From: Toensbergia leucococca | Lineage: Eukaryota | DNA: 54,250 nt | NCBI GenBank assembly: GCA_022813965.1 | Contig: JALDZS010000159.1 | Span: forward strand, 1 to 54,250 | Reading direction: 5' to 3' | In this document: piece by piece, positions 37,886 through 50,861 of the stretch | How positions within the stretch are numbered: the first letter of the stretch is position 1 | Layout: every line of letters starts with the position of its first letter | Translations under genes and position numbers: made by a program | The notes under the pieces: generated by a model | The model's database searches: none | Told to the model about the DNA's origin: nothing | Seen by the model: the letters and a program-made list of their open reading frames with translations, nothing else

Positions 37886-40717
37886 ATGGTCTTCAATACG
37901 ATATCAGTCGGTACCGCCGTGACACCTACAATCCTCGAGACTTATTTCTCTCACGTATGTACAATGCCTCTGCTCAGCTAAGCTCGTATCTTTGACATCT
38001 AGACACAGTATCTCAACCGAAAGTCTCTTCATCAGAAGCCAACTGCTCATATCTCCTACCACGAAGGTCTACATCTCATTCGGGAGTTTCTCCATTACGC
38101 CTCATTTCACTCTGTTGAAGATGTCCAGGCCTTCACATCCCAATGGGTTCCTCATCCTCGTTGGGTCAAGGTCGACGAGGTAACGATACCGGAACCGTCC
38201 ATCACAAAAGCCGCAGATGCAATCAATACCCAATTAGGGCATAAAGGAATTGACAAGGTTGGGGGAAGTAAGTGGTGGCAATGGCGCAGAGATGGAATCA
38301 GTTTGAGGGCCGAATGGATAGAAATGAGGGGAGATTACACTAGGAGACAGAAAAGTGGAGATACAGGGAAGAGAGTTATGTTGTACGTGCATGGCGGAGC
38401 CTACTTCTTTGGGAGCGTCGATGAGCATCGATATCAGCTACAACGACATGCTCGAAAACTAAAGGCCAGAGTATTTGCCCGGTGAGTGGGCTTTAGAACT
38501 GGAGGTGCTCCGTAATTTTATGACTAACCTTTTACAGTGAGTCTGAGTCTACCAGTGTTTATACAATATAGCCAACTGATATGAGTGTAGCACGATATCG
38601 ATTGGCTCCTCAATTTCCTTTCCCTTGCGGTCTTCTGGACTGCATGTCTGCGTACACGTACTTGTTAACAGTACAAGATCCTTCGACTATAATTTTAGCA
38701 GGCGATTCTGCGGGAGGTGGTATGGTTGTCAGGTGCAAAATCTTGAGATCTTTGGCTAGCAACTTACTGATTGGAATCACTAGTATGCTTGTGATACTGC
38801 GAGACAGGGCCATCCCTCTACCAGCTGGGGCAATATTAATATCTCCTTGGGTCGATTTAACCCATTCCTTCCCCAGTGTCGCAGGCGATAATTCTCTTGA
38901 CTACATACCAGCACATGGCTTTCTCCAGAGACCTTCAGCTGCATGGCCGCCGCCGAATTCCGACGATATGGAGCAAATCGCCATGCACGCGGTTGAGCAA
39001 GTGGTAGGGGAGGCTCTACCGAGAAAGTCTACTCAGCAAGAGCGACAGCACGCCACGGAGGACGCTGTTCGAGGCTTCTCTATAGATCACAATCCGCAAA
39101 ATTTACAGCTAAGGGATAATCCGAGTAACCCTGCCGGTGCTGATGGTGCTGGACTTAGACCTGGCAACACCATACCTGGGCCTGGTCATGACTTGTCAAT
39201 CATGATCGATGGAAAACTTGTCGAAATCAAGGACCAGATCCAGATGTACGCGACCAATCAGCTGATCTCGCATCCTCTTGTCTCACCTGTACTACAACCA
39301 TCTTTGGGCGGTTTACCCCCTTTACTAATCCTCACAGGGGGTGGAGAGATCCTCCGAGATGAGCAGATCTACCTCGCACATAAAGCAGCAAATCCTTCTC
39401 AGTATCCTCCCGGTGAAGCTTACCTCGACGAGTATCCCGAATCTCGAGCCACTATCGCAAAGTGGAAGCCAACTGACGTGCAGCTTCAAGTCTGGGACGA
39501 CTTATGCCACGTTGCACCTACCCTAAGTTTCACTCGGCCGGCAAAGTACATGTATCGATCAATCGCCCAGTTCGGCGCTTGGGTGCTAGCTCGAGCGCAA
39601 AAGACGGAAATAGATATTTTAGACGACGACGACGTCTCCGTAATCTCTTCGGGTTCAGACACTGACAGCGACATCTCCTCAAATGGTAAGAAACCAAAAC
39701 AAGAAAAGTCTACCGTCATAGACGGGGTAGCCCAAGGCCAGGCCGTAGATACCGCCCAAATTGGCAAAGCAGGTGATCCCCTACCCCCCTTCAAAAACCA
39801 CATGATCCGCCAACGTGTCAGCCGACATGGCGCCATCTTCCCCCTCGGCCCACCAACCTCTCTTCCAGCGCTACAGATCTCTTCTAACGAAGTCGGCGTC
39901 ATCAAGCCAGGCCCCGTCCGAAAATGGATCGAGGCGAAGACGGAATGGGACACTAAGTTTGCGCGAGAGAAGCGCAAGGTACAGAAGCAGCGCGTGAAGG
40001 AGATGGCGAGAGGGTTCCAGGGATTCGGAAACGACGAGGTGCCACCTCCTTCGGCGCTTGCTGGGAGAAGGGGGCTGGGGATGCCGGGTGAGGAGAAGAA
40101 GAAGCGGAGTTGGGGGATGAGTCTTTGGAGTCTATGGGGGAGTTCACATGATGAGAAGACGGTGCGAGGATTCTACGTTTCTTGGTGTTAATTGGAAGTG
40201 CTAAGATTAGATGTTTCAGATCGAACGCGAGGAAAAGGCCGATAAAGACGATGAGGTTTCTATTAGCACCAGCAACGGTGCCGACGCCAAGACCCCGGGC
40301 ACTGAGGCAGCGAAGCTCCGTTCGCGCTCCCGATCTCGCCATCGCGCCGTCACAGATACGGGCCAAAGCAACACCTCTGCCCCCGATCCCTCCCATAATA
40401 ATCCCACCCCAGACCCTCTCCGCCAGAACCAACAAAGTGAACCAAGCAACACCGATTCGCCATCCCTTGTACACCCAAATCGCGCTCCTATCCCCACCAT
40501 CAGCATCCAGGACACCTCGGACCAAAGCACACTACTTGTCCCTCCCAGTACTAGTGGAGGAGGCGGTGATGAAGCGGCGAATACGAATGCGAGCACCATG
40601 ACGCCGAGGAGTGAGGCGGGGGTTGTGGCTACTGATGGTAAGGGGGTAGAGGAGGGGAATGGGGGAAAGGAGAGACCGGGGGCGGAGAGGTTTGAGACGG
40701 CGAGGGAGTGGGGATAG
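37886..40717 (+). CDS. lipS: HSL-family (abhydrolase_3) lipase/esterase, probable lipS orthologue
   Basis: Motifs LYVHGGAYFFGS, VFAPRYRLAPQFPFPCGL, ILAGDSAGGG, ILISPWVDLTHS, LGGLPPLLILTGGGEILRDE and QVWDDLCHV. Introns ~37954-38008, stwintron 38481-38590, 38733-38783 and ~40162-40219. Confidence 0.88.
38481..38590 (+). other. [D1,2] spliceosomal twin intron (stwintron)
   Basis: G(38481), then internal intron GTGAGT...ACTAAC...CAG (38482-38537, 56 nt), then TGAGT...ACTGAT...TAG (38538-38590). Only two-step removal gives the in-frame F-A-P-R-Y-R-L. Confidence 0.88.
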
Positions 40718-41375
40718 TGTGATCTTTTTCTTCCAAGGGAGTAATTGAGAGGGAGTCTGAACTGGGCAGGTAATTTTAGTAGGATGGGTTTTCGAGGATC
40801 AGAACAGAGGCTGTGTGTAGTAGGGGGATGAACCGTTCCTTTTTTGGGCCGATGAGGGTTTCCCGTACAGATAGATATAGATTAGCGAGGACTGCAGAGG
40901 AGCTTTCTTTTGTCTCTCAGGCTCCGAGAAAACCACACAAGATAAACACAGTACTCCTGCCACCAACTCGCCAAAAAGGCAAGGCGAGGAAGTAACCAAA
41001 ATGCTTCTTCGATCAAAACAAGTCCTCGAGAAAAAGATGCCAGATCATGAACGCTAGCACTTCCTAAGACAGCTTGCTCGCAGCAGGCATCAGAATCCGA
41101 CAAGACTTGAATCGATAATGTAGATGCATGCTATGGATTGCTCTACATACATACATCCATCCTTGGCAGAGAGTATCTATCACATGCAGCTTCGACGAGA
41201 CATGACCACGCTTTGAAATTTCACCCTTTTCCCCAAACCACCACCGGCGGGCCACCCTGAACCCAGTCATTCAATCAATCATCATGCAAGTCCTGTCTTT
41301 CAAGATTTAAAAACGAGTCGACACCTTATCCACCATGCGGATTGATCATGTCGTGAAGCCCGGAGATGTGTAGTC

Positions 41376-43653
41376 TTAGGCAAGCGGCTCGGTGATGAGT
41401 TTGGTGATTTTTCCAATGGCGATTGTTTGGCCCTGTTGTGTTGGCAAGATTAGGTATGTAGTGGCGAAGCGAGCAATCAAAGACGATGAATTGGGGTGGA
41501 CGATAGTGGACAGGGGTTTCTCACGGGGGGAGGAGATAGGGGCTAGGAGAGCTAGCAGGAAAAATAAAGCGTACCTGATCCCTCAACGTAAATCGTCCCA
41601 TCTGCGCATAATCCTCAAACCGCTCCACACACACACTCCCCGCCCCACCAATTACCTCCAAGCGCGCAATAATACTCTGCCCCTTAACCGCATGCGTCGG
41701 CGCCTTCTTGCTCTTTCTACCCGTACCCTTCTCAAGCTTATGCAGCAGCGCCCCAAACGTGACCTCCTCAATCGCGCTGTGCACGTGCATCACGCAGTTG
41801 AAGCCGGCGGTCAGGATGGATTTGAGGTCGAGCAGGACGATCTGGGCTTCAAAGGCCGAGACGCAGTGTACGAGGCGCTTGGGCGAGCAGAGCACGAAGC
41901 CGGCAAGGATGTCTTCTTCTTCGACACCGCGAAGCCGGATACGAACCTGATCGCCACACATGGCTTGGCCAATTTCTTCTTCGGTTTCGCCATAGAGGGC
42001 GGCGACGGTAGTTTCGTCGTGATTGGGCATCAGGACGACGGGGGAGCCTTTTTTAATGGCGCCGGCTTCGATGCGGCCTTCGATGATGGTGCCCATATCT
42101 TTGTATTTGCCGTTGATGGGCATCATGTAGGGCGCGTTGAATTTGCGCTCAAGAGCCTTGAAATTGTCGAGGCACTCGAGGAGGGAAGGCCCTGTATGCC
42201 AGGGGGCGAGCTCGTGAGGGACACGAGATTTGATGCCGACTGTTGTTTGGGCGGAGACGGGCATAAAGGTAATGTCGGATTTGGAGTAGCCGACACTGCG
42301 AAGGAAGTTGATTAGTTTCTCAGAGCATTCCTTGTAGCGGTCTTGGGACCATTCGACGGTTATGTCGTCCATTTTATTAATGCATACCACGAGTTGGTTG
42401 ACGCCTTGGGTTTTGGCGAGGATGGCGTGTTCGCGAGTTTGACCTCCTTTTTCGAAGCCGGTCTCGTATTCGCCTTTGCGAGCGGAAATGACCAAGATGC
42501 CTATATCGGCTTGGGAGGCTCCACCGATCATACTGGGTACGAACGTCTTGTGGCCTGGAGCATCGAGGATGGTGTATCGCCTTTTATCCGTTTCAAAGTA
42601 TGCCCTGCCAACCTCTACCGTTTTGCCTTGTGCTCGCTCTTCCTTGGTCAAGTCCAACGCCCATGACAAATACCACGTCTCCCGGCCTGCTTCTTTTGCT
42701 TCTCGTTTATATTTATCCATTGTGCGCTCATCAACCATGCCGGTAGCGTATAGGATGCTACCACCTAGTGTCGACTTCCCGGCATCAACGTGGCCTATAA
42801 AGATTAGATTGATGTGTTCTTTCCCGTAGACTTCTTCTCTCCCGTAGACCTCTTCTAGAATTTCCTCATCAACGTCGGCAGCCTGTTCTTTGGCTACTGC
42901 ATCGGCTTCTCGGGTTGCGGCTTTTGCTTCTCCTGGCGTCGGACTTGATTGGCCTGATGAAGGGGATGGAGAGGTCTTCCCATTCGCCGGTGCTGATTTC
43001 GATGTCTTCTCAATTGCTTTTGCTACATTTACTTTGGCTCCATCTTCGGCTGACGGCGTCTCTTTCTTGGTTGTGGCGCCTGGAGTGTCAAGACCAATGG
43101 ATAAAACCTTCGGTTTGGGTGGTAACGATTCGCCTCCAATTGACAAGACTTTGGGCTTGGGTGGTGCCGAGGTCTCGTTTAAAGGTTCAGCAGGAGTCGG
43201 GGCTGGGGCAGGAGGAACTTGTGAGGATTCGTCAGCGGCGGAAGGTCTCTTTGCTATTATAGGAATCTGGCGTTGTTGTGGTGTTTGATACGCTTGCTGT
43301 TGGCTATAACTATTGTATTGTGCATCAGGATGCTGGCCGTAATTATTGGGCTGCTGGGTAAAGGACTGAGGGTATTGGGTGTAATTCTGTTGAGCATACG
43401 GCGGATAGCCAGCACCATATGATTGTTGTTGATTGTAATATTGGTTGTATTGCGGCTGGTTGTAGCCTCCATACTGTGGGTATTGCTGACCTGGTTGAAA
43501 GGTCTGAGCACCTGGTTGGAAAGTATTTGCAGCGGGAGTAAAGGTGTTGCTCCGCGGAATCTGAGGGTTGAGATTAAGACCTTGTTGGGTCTGACGAGAG
43601 AGGTTTTCGTCCTGGGCGGCTGGGTCGTCTTCCCATGAGTCCAAGCCGGACAT
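41376..43653 (-). CDS. SUP35: Eukaryotic peptide chain release factor eRF3 (2 exons)
   Basis: Q/N/Y-rich N domain and charged M domain, then the GTPase motifs GHVDAGKST, GKTVEVG, DAPGH and NKMD. Intron 41433-41574 joins FTLRDQ|GQTIAIGKITKLI. Confidence 0.96.
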
Positions 43654-44111
43654 GACGAAGAATTTGTCAACGAACTTTTACTATCTTTCCGAGGTCACCG
43701 CCCCACTTTTCTGAGTCCCTTTCCCTGCGTCCTGGCCGAAGGAATACGTCTCGGAAGAGTAGAGAATTGGTAGGATAGTAGTGTAGTAGTGTAGTGGTGC
43801 AGTTGGAGACGGGGTGAAAAGGGCAGTTGAGATTGAAGGCGTGGATGGCGTTGAATGCTGGGCAAATGCGTACCTAGCCCTACTTTGCCGAGGAGCCAGG
43901 GACTGAAGACTCACTGCGGGCACTAAAGGCACTAATGACGCATATGCCTGCTAGCTCACTTGAAACTACCTTACGGTATTTACTCTACATTTTTCAACGC
44001 GCCAATGTTCACACAACACAATCATCACCATGGTATGACTTAGAGGATTAGAAGAAAATCATACTGCTTTAGCTTGATCACAGCAGGCCCGTCGTCTGAC
44101 ATAGACATATC

Positions 44112-46745
44112 ATGGATATCATTCTGGGAAAGGTTGGCCGCATCTCAAGGACTAAACTTTCTAAAAATTATCTAACAGCCAGTAAAGGTCACTCAGCAGG
44201 CCATGAACTATGCCATACGGTAGTGATCTCTATATCTTTTTCCCACAGAGAGACATACAGAAATGCCATGGTCTGATGTTTAGCTAGATCTGGAGTTACT
44301 ATCACTGCTGGCTATGCCATTAGACAATCCTCCAGACTTCTCAAGGTGTCTACCTACCACCACAGCCATGCTATGAGAACTTTCTGATTTGAAAACCCAG
44401 GCTGTTGAAGGCAATGAGAAACAGGAGCTCCAAGATCTCCAGGAACGTCTGGATAGTAAAATCAGGGTCCGTCACTACAGCACTGACGTGCTTGCTGTGC
44501 TTACTTCTCTTTGACACGCAATTTGGTTCCTGTCTGTCTCCTCGTATTTCATCATCATGATTACCTGACACCAGACCTAGCCCGTGTTATGTTCCTCATT
44601 CCTCGGTCTTTCTTATACTTTTTAATCTTTAATCTTGATACATCCTCTGACACGTCTGGCATAGATTATCTCTCCAGCCATTGATATGATCGAGCTGATG
44701 TACGTAGGCATAAGATATCTTATTTCATATTCTTTTCTGATTGTTGTTTCAGTTCTGCTCGCGGCAACACGTCTCTGGAGTCTGCAGTATCCCTCACCAA
44801 ATCCCTTCGATGGGAGATTCAAGCCCTAGGACAGCGCCTAGCCACTGCTGCTAATGCCGAAGAACTCACACGCAGAGGGTCCTCCAAAGCTCAGAGCAAG
44901 ATCCACAACGAACGGGAGCTGAAGCGTATCATTCAGGACATTCGCAAATTGCTAACTAAGATTGAAGATGCTGTTCCACTCATCAATCTGGCTATCACCG
45001 CATCAGGAGCTAGCCTTTCAACAAGCCTTCCGTCCACAGTCTCTCCTTCTCGATTATTACAGGCGAGTACATTTCTTACAGCTGGAGACTCGCAGTACTC
45101 CATGCTACCTTCATCCACTGTTCAAATTGGTCCTGCCTTCACCCTCTCATTGTACATGCTTTTCTCGGGCCATCTCCGACCTCAAAGTGAGGAAGATATG
45201 AGGGAAAGTACATGGAAAGAAGTTATCCACAAGGCTCACGTCAAACTGGTCCGAGTACCACTAGATGCCCTGTATAGTATGCCAGACACGAACCAGAGCT
45301 TCAGGTATAGCGGCAGCGCTGATGGCGACCACGTTGATTCTGCACGCCAGGGTTCGGAGTCAAAAGACTACATTCCATCCCATGTCGAGGCCGAGGCTAA
45401 AGCTGACGAATTTGCCTACCAACTGATTATAATCGAGGATTTAGAAGACGGACGTTTTCATAGTTTTGACGAGGACGAGGCGCAGCCGGGACCTTATGAA
45501 GATGTGGAGTTGGCCGGAATACGCGAAGCAATACCGATACATGAAATTTCCAAGATATTCTACGCCGATACTGGCAAGATCCTGAGCATTGGCAACGAAG
45601 TAGGGGTGAATAATCCAGTGCTGTTGTTGAAGAGAGACGTCAACGCAATTCCTCCGAGACGACTTATGGAGAGATATAGCGAGAACCACGCTTTAGACCA
45701 GAACGAGGGCGTTGTAAACGGTGACTCTCGAAAACCGAACATGGATGATTCTGATGAAAGCCAATCATTAATTGATGCCCAACTTATGCAAGAACATCGA
45801 TCTTCATCCATGACGCCAGCCGAGTTAGAAGCGGTCAATGTCTTGCCTCCCTCAGATCCCTGGGTTATCCCTCCCGGTCTCGATCCGGAGTGGTTAGCTT
45901 TCGAAGTCTACACTGGATCCAACGAGTCCGACACAGAGTCTGAAACCGAACAATCCTCAGCCCCTAGACCCACTCCCTCTCGTGCACCATCCTCAACCCC
46001 TCAACTAACATCAGCTCTCACTCATCTTAACATCAATACCCCCACCCCAACCTCCTCCCCAGCTCCCCAACCCCGCAGCTTCACTCCCCAAACCCAACCT
46101 ACTCTCCCCCCAATCCGCACCTCCCTTTCCCTCCTTGAAACGCTCCTCCGACTCCTCTCCCTCCAACAGTTCCAACAAACCCCTCACCTCTCTATCCCAG
46201 ACGAACTCCTCACCTTCTTCCTCTCCGAATCAGCTACAACCGGCGCCTCCTCCTCCGACACCCAAGAGCGCAAACGCCTCCGCTACGAAGCCCGCAGACG
46301 CGTAGGCTTCGATCCCTACGACGAAAGCCCCGTCAAGCGACGAGGCGAGGAGTATCAATACCGTGCAGGCGAAGGAGGGAGCCAGTCGGGCTGGGAGAAC
46401 GAGTACGGCGCGTACGACGAAGGCTACGACACCAATTGGAGCTATCCTCCCCAGAGACAATCATTCTCGAGAGAGCAAACCCCCCATTCGCCACCGCTCT
46501 TGCTTCGGAACCCCTCGCTCTCGCCTCGAGGTAGCACGCCGGAGAGGCCGTCTGTGGAGACGCCTTCTGTGGTTGCTGGGAGCACGAGCAGACACGCTAC
46601 ACCGCTGAAGGCGCGGTGGGGCGGGGTGAGGAGAGGAGATACGGAGGCGGCGAGAAGGGGGAGTCCATTGGCTAGAGGGGGAACTGATGAGGGCTTGGGG
46701 ACTAGTCCTGCTTCTGGTGCTGGGGTTGGGGAGGAGGCGAAATGA
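44112..46745 (+). CDS. YRB30: Ran-GTP binding protein Yrb30-like (6 exons)
   Basis: MDIILGK|VTQQAMNYAIR|SGVTITAGYAIRQSSRLLK|...|IISPAIDMIELI|SARGNTSLESAV...IEDAVPLINLAITASGASLSTSLPSTVSPSRLLQAS...SLSLLETLLRLLSLQQFQQTPHLSIPDELL. Confidence 0.88.
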
Positions 46746-47416
46746 GACAGTTTGTAGCATATGTGTGGGTGGCTAGCTATGGTGAATGCTTTACTTTGCA
46801 AGAGGTTCCGTTTCTGCGGTGTTTGATTGGGCGCCACTCTAAGAAGGGCCATGGTAGCTTCATCTGAACGCCAGCAAAAGCGGTGGCGGCGAATGGCTAA
46901 CTATATATGGGCATTTTCTTTTTTTTTTTGCTTTGCGGTGGACCTATGGTGGAGGCTTAGTGCATGGCCCAAAGTATGGCATAGATGAGATGAGATGGCT
47001 TTCTGGACCCAAAAAGAGGAGGAGTGATTGAAGGCCTTTTTGCTAGTTTTTTTGTCGTAACTATGAATTCATGGGCTAAGGTACCTACCCAAGACGGGCA
47101 GATCGTCATGGCTCTCAAGTCTATCATGGCCAAGTTCTTGGGGGTTTCTCGGTTCGAAAAGGGGTGGGAATAGCTGGGATATAGATAGGAGCGCACGTGA
47201 AGACACCAGATATGCAAATACCCTCTCTCTCTCTCTCCATCCATCAGTCGCCGAGCCAGAACGAGGAAGCCCAAGAAAGGAGGGGGTGGTTCAATAAATG
47301 CAAAAGCCAAATGACGCCCCGCTCGCCAACCCCACAGCTTCAAAAGCAGAAAAAAAGCGCCAGATTTCTCAAAGTCTCACCCCATCATCACCACACTTGC
47401 CTAGCAACATACGCTG

Positions 47417-48783
47417 TTACTCCCAATCCTCCTCCTCACTCTCGTCCCCCTTCCTCTTCTCCCTTACCCTCTTTTCCTCCACCTTCGGACTCCCAGGCGC
47501 CCGGCTCGTCGCCCCGCTTACAAGATCATAGCTAGCGTCGCTATCAGGCTGGGAGTGTTGGTCTTGGGAGCGGCGGGGCTCGGAGGTGGTAGTAGCGGGG
47601 GTGGTACTGTTGGCTGGGGTTGTGGTTGGGGTGAGGGTTTTTGTGGAGGATGGCGAGGAGGGGTTTTTGGGGTTTGCGGGGGCTAGGGGTTGGTGTTGAG
47701 GTTGGTGCGGGGTGGAGGGTTCGGAGTCGGAGTCTTCGTCCCAGGCGATTTGCTCGGAAAGGGCGGTTGTGGAGGCTGCGCCTGTTTTATCGGGGGTGGT
47801 GTTAGTGAGGGAGCTTTTTTAAAGGAGGGGGGGCGAGGTGGGGCGCGGTAGGGAGAGAGGAGCGGACCTTTTAGGAGGTCTCGTCTTCGCTGCTCTTCTG
47901 TTTCGACGACCATGCGGAGGAAGTAGTAGCGTGTCCAGAATTGCGCGTATTCTACTACTTCGGGGACTAGTTTTTCCATTGCTCGGCGGAGTTCTTCGTG
48001 GTTGTCTAGGTCCGTTGCTATGGCGTTTGTCTGGTTCTCGACGCTGAACCCGGCTTTCCATTTTTCGTATTCGGCGCTCGGGGGGTCTTTGGTGAAGCTG
48101 TCCGGGGAGGAGTGGATGGCGTGTAGCTGGGCGTCGAAACGCGTGGTGTGGATTACTCGTTTCCCGTCTTGGTCCTTACTCTCGAAGAGGACTTTGGGGG
48201 TTCCGTCTTTAGGGGCGTCTTCAGAGGGTGGAGCGATGGTGACTGCATCGCGGAGAAAGTTGCGGATGTTGGCGCCGAATTTGAAGAGAGCTTCGTCGGC
48301 GGCGTCTTCGGCTTTCTCGATCTCTTTGAGGCGTTTGGTGGCTTCGGTGCGGAAGCGGGAGATTATGCTCTCGGAGTCACGGAGAACTTCGCTTTCGGAG
48401 CGTTCTTTGCTGGCGGGGGCTGTGGTCAATGTATCTCTTTCAAGGACTTTGGGAGTTGCTGAGGGGGTTGGTGGGGGACTTTGATTTGTCGACAAGGAGC
48501 GTGCTCGATTGACAATTGTGGACTTGAGGTCGGTGAAGCCCTTTAGAGCTTCGCCGCTGGCGGCGGTGGCCTCTTGTCGTGCACCTTCATAGTAGCTCTC
48601 GCCTTGCTTTTTGACGTTGCCAAAGAAGCCGCCGAGCTTGGCTCCCCATGGGCTCGCAGAAAAGGATTTGTAGGCTTCTTGGAACTCTGTATTAAGGTTG
48701 CTTGCTGCATGGTGGTCGCCTTCTCTATTGGCGGTGTCGTCTGTTGCTAGGACCTCCTCTTGAATGTGATCATATGCATCCAT
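47417..48783 (-). CDS. BSD-domain protein (Dos2-like; 2 exons)
   Basis: [29 protein letters not shown] motif. After the intron (~47782-47867): [12 protein letters not shown]...[19 protein letters not shown]...SEEEDWE*. Confidence 0.85.
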
Positions 48784-49018
48784 TGTGGGGATACGCTGGG
48801 GAAATAGACATGCAGGTCGGAATGGGTTCTCTGTGATGATGTGCCACTCGGAAAATGCAGGACAGAGAGTTGTGGTGCTAGCGGATATATGTAAATGACT
48901 CGACAGCTGTTGACTTCCTTAGGCTGCTGCAAGCAGTTGAAGGTGGAGATTTAAATGCCCCATGCGCGCACCTTTCACGTGTCATACAATCTCCTCTACC
49001 AACAACCATGTCAATATT

Positions 49019-50197
49019 ATGAGCAGAAGACTTTTCTCAATCCTACGACAGTTGCAGCATGAGAACCCATTGGTAAGTCTCGAAGACCTTGCCAAAGATC
49101 GTATCCTTAATAGAATTCTCAAAGGGATTACCACGTTCCGGTGGAGTGGCTGCCCCTCCACAGCTTCCACGACGCCAGCGTGGATTACCAGAGAAGCGGA
49201 GTCTACTAGATGTGCGGAAAATCATAGCTGTATCTTCGGCGAAAGGCGGTGTCGGAAAGTCGACCATTGCTGGTAGAATCTTGGGACATACGGCTCATTT
49301 CCAAGCATGGGCTTACGACGAATGATTCAGTAAACCTTGCCCTTTCTTTCGCGCGAAGCGGGTACCGGAGTGGTATACTGGACACTGACATATTCGGCCC
49401 CTCAATACCGACTCTGCTCAATCTATCCGGAGAACCTCGTCTTTCATCTAGTACGAATTGCTGTTCTTGGAAAAGCAATAAATGTACTAATTTGTCATTC
49501 TTTGGTTATAGATAACCAACTTCTCCCCCTATCCAATTATGGCGTCAAGTCCATGTCAATGGGCTACCTCGTTGATGAGAAAGCGCCAGTGGTTTGGAGG
49601 GGACTTATGGTTATGAAGGCATTGCAACAGCTCTTGCATGAGGTTGAATGGGGTGGATTGGATATTCTGGTCCTGGATTTGCCTCCGGGGACTGGGGATA
49701 CACAACTGACAATAACTCAACAGCTCAAATTAGATGGTAAGCATGATCTTAGGATAAGTTAGGAGTGTAAGCTCATGAGTGGAATAGGGGCAGTAATCGT
49801 CTCGACGCCCCAGGACATCGCATTGAAGGATGCTGTCAAAGGGGTTGCCATGTTCAGGAAAGTTGACGTGCCAGTATGCCGATCCCAGACACTTTCCAAA
49901 GTTTCATCTACTGACATCACCCTCTAGCTTTTAGGCATGATTCAGAACATGTCAGTCTTCGTCTGCCCGAAATGCAAGCACAGCACACATATTTTTGGAT
50001 CCGAGGGTGTTAGCCGAGAATGCTCTGCTCAAGGACTCGATTTTCTTGGAGACGTTCCATTGCATCCGAAAATATGTGATGATGCAGATCGTGGCAAGCC
50101 GACTGTGGTGGCAGAGCCTGAAAGTGAAAGAGGTCAAGCTTTTGTCGGTATTGCGGAGAAAATCGCTGATAAGATAGTGCTTCGAGCGGGCCTCTGA
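49019..50197 (+). CDS. IND1: Mitochondrial Fe-S P-loop NTPase Ind1/NUBPL (complex I assembly; 6 exons)
   Basis: [63 protein letters not shown] and [10 protein letters not shown]. Confidence 0.92.
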
Positions 50198-50861
50198 CTT
50201 AAGCTGCCGTCTACTGAATCGACTCATTAATACCCCGGGCACTGTCAACTTCGTTGGATGGGTCAAAGTAAATGTTGAGGCATGAGCACTGTTTGCACCT
50301 GTTCAGGAGCCAGGCTATATGGGCATCACCTTGCTTGGTCGGAAGAGTCTCTTGTATGATGAAACGTTTTCCACTCAAGCTAGAGCATCGAACTAGCTCT
50401 CTCATTCATTCCGTCTATATTCCAGTATGTCTCGGTTTTTAGGGAACTTCATCCTTCTTCGTATTTCTTACTATATCACGTCAATGTCCTCGATATTTCA
50501 ATTGTTTGTATCATGAAGCGTGGTTTGGCTTGCTGGTTGAGAGCAGAAGATAATATCTAATGGGGTAGTGATACTATGAAGCCTTCTCTCGATGCTCTTC
50601 TCCGCAGCTCTTTTGATGAGGTTAATCCAAAGAAGCGGAAGAATTGCTGGTCGTCGAGTTGCTGGCTTCATAATACACAATGACGTATTTACTCTGCCCT
50701 AGGTGCTGACCCCACAAAGCTACCTTATTGCACGAGCCAAACCGCCGACAGTACCTTACCTACCTTCGGTCCCTTACTCCGTACGAGTACCAGCGATCTA
50801 CATTCCAGCTCTGTATACAACTTCAATACTACAAAATCTGATCTTTGCCATATCTTCCGAC

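Noticed and set aside
41392..42315. 307-aa antisense ORF opposite SUP35, and similar antisense ORFs opposite ATG13, the lipase and the BSD gene
   Set aside because: Shadow ORFs expected from GC-rich codon bias on the coding strand, with no protein-like features.
44467..44663. Second stwintron in the 197-nt YRB30 intron (internal CCTGAC...CAG/TAG)
   Set aside because: Removing the putative inner intron does not regenerate a donor, and a single GT-AG splice already restores KIR|IISPAID.
11710..50197. Functional clustering of complex I genes NDUFS3 and IND1
   Set aside because: They are about 36 kb apart with many unrelated genes between them, so this is likely coincidence.
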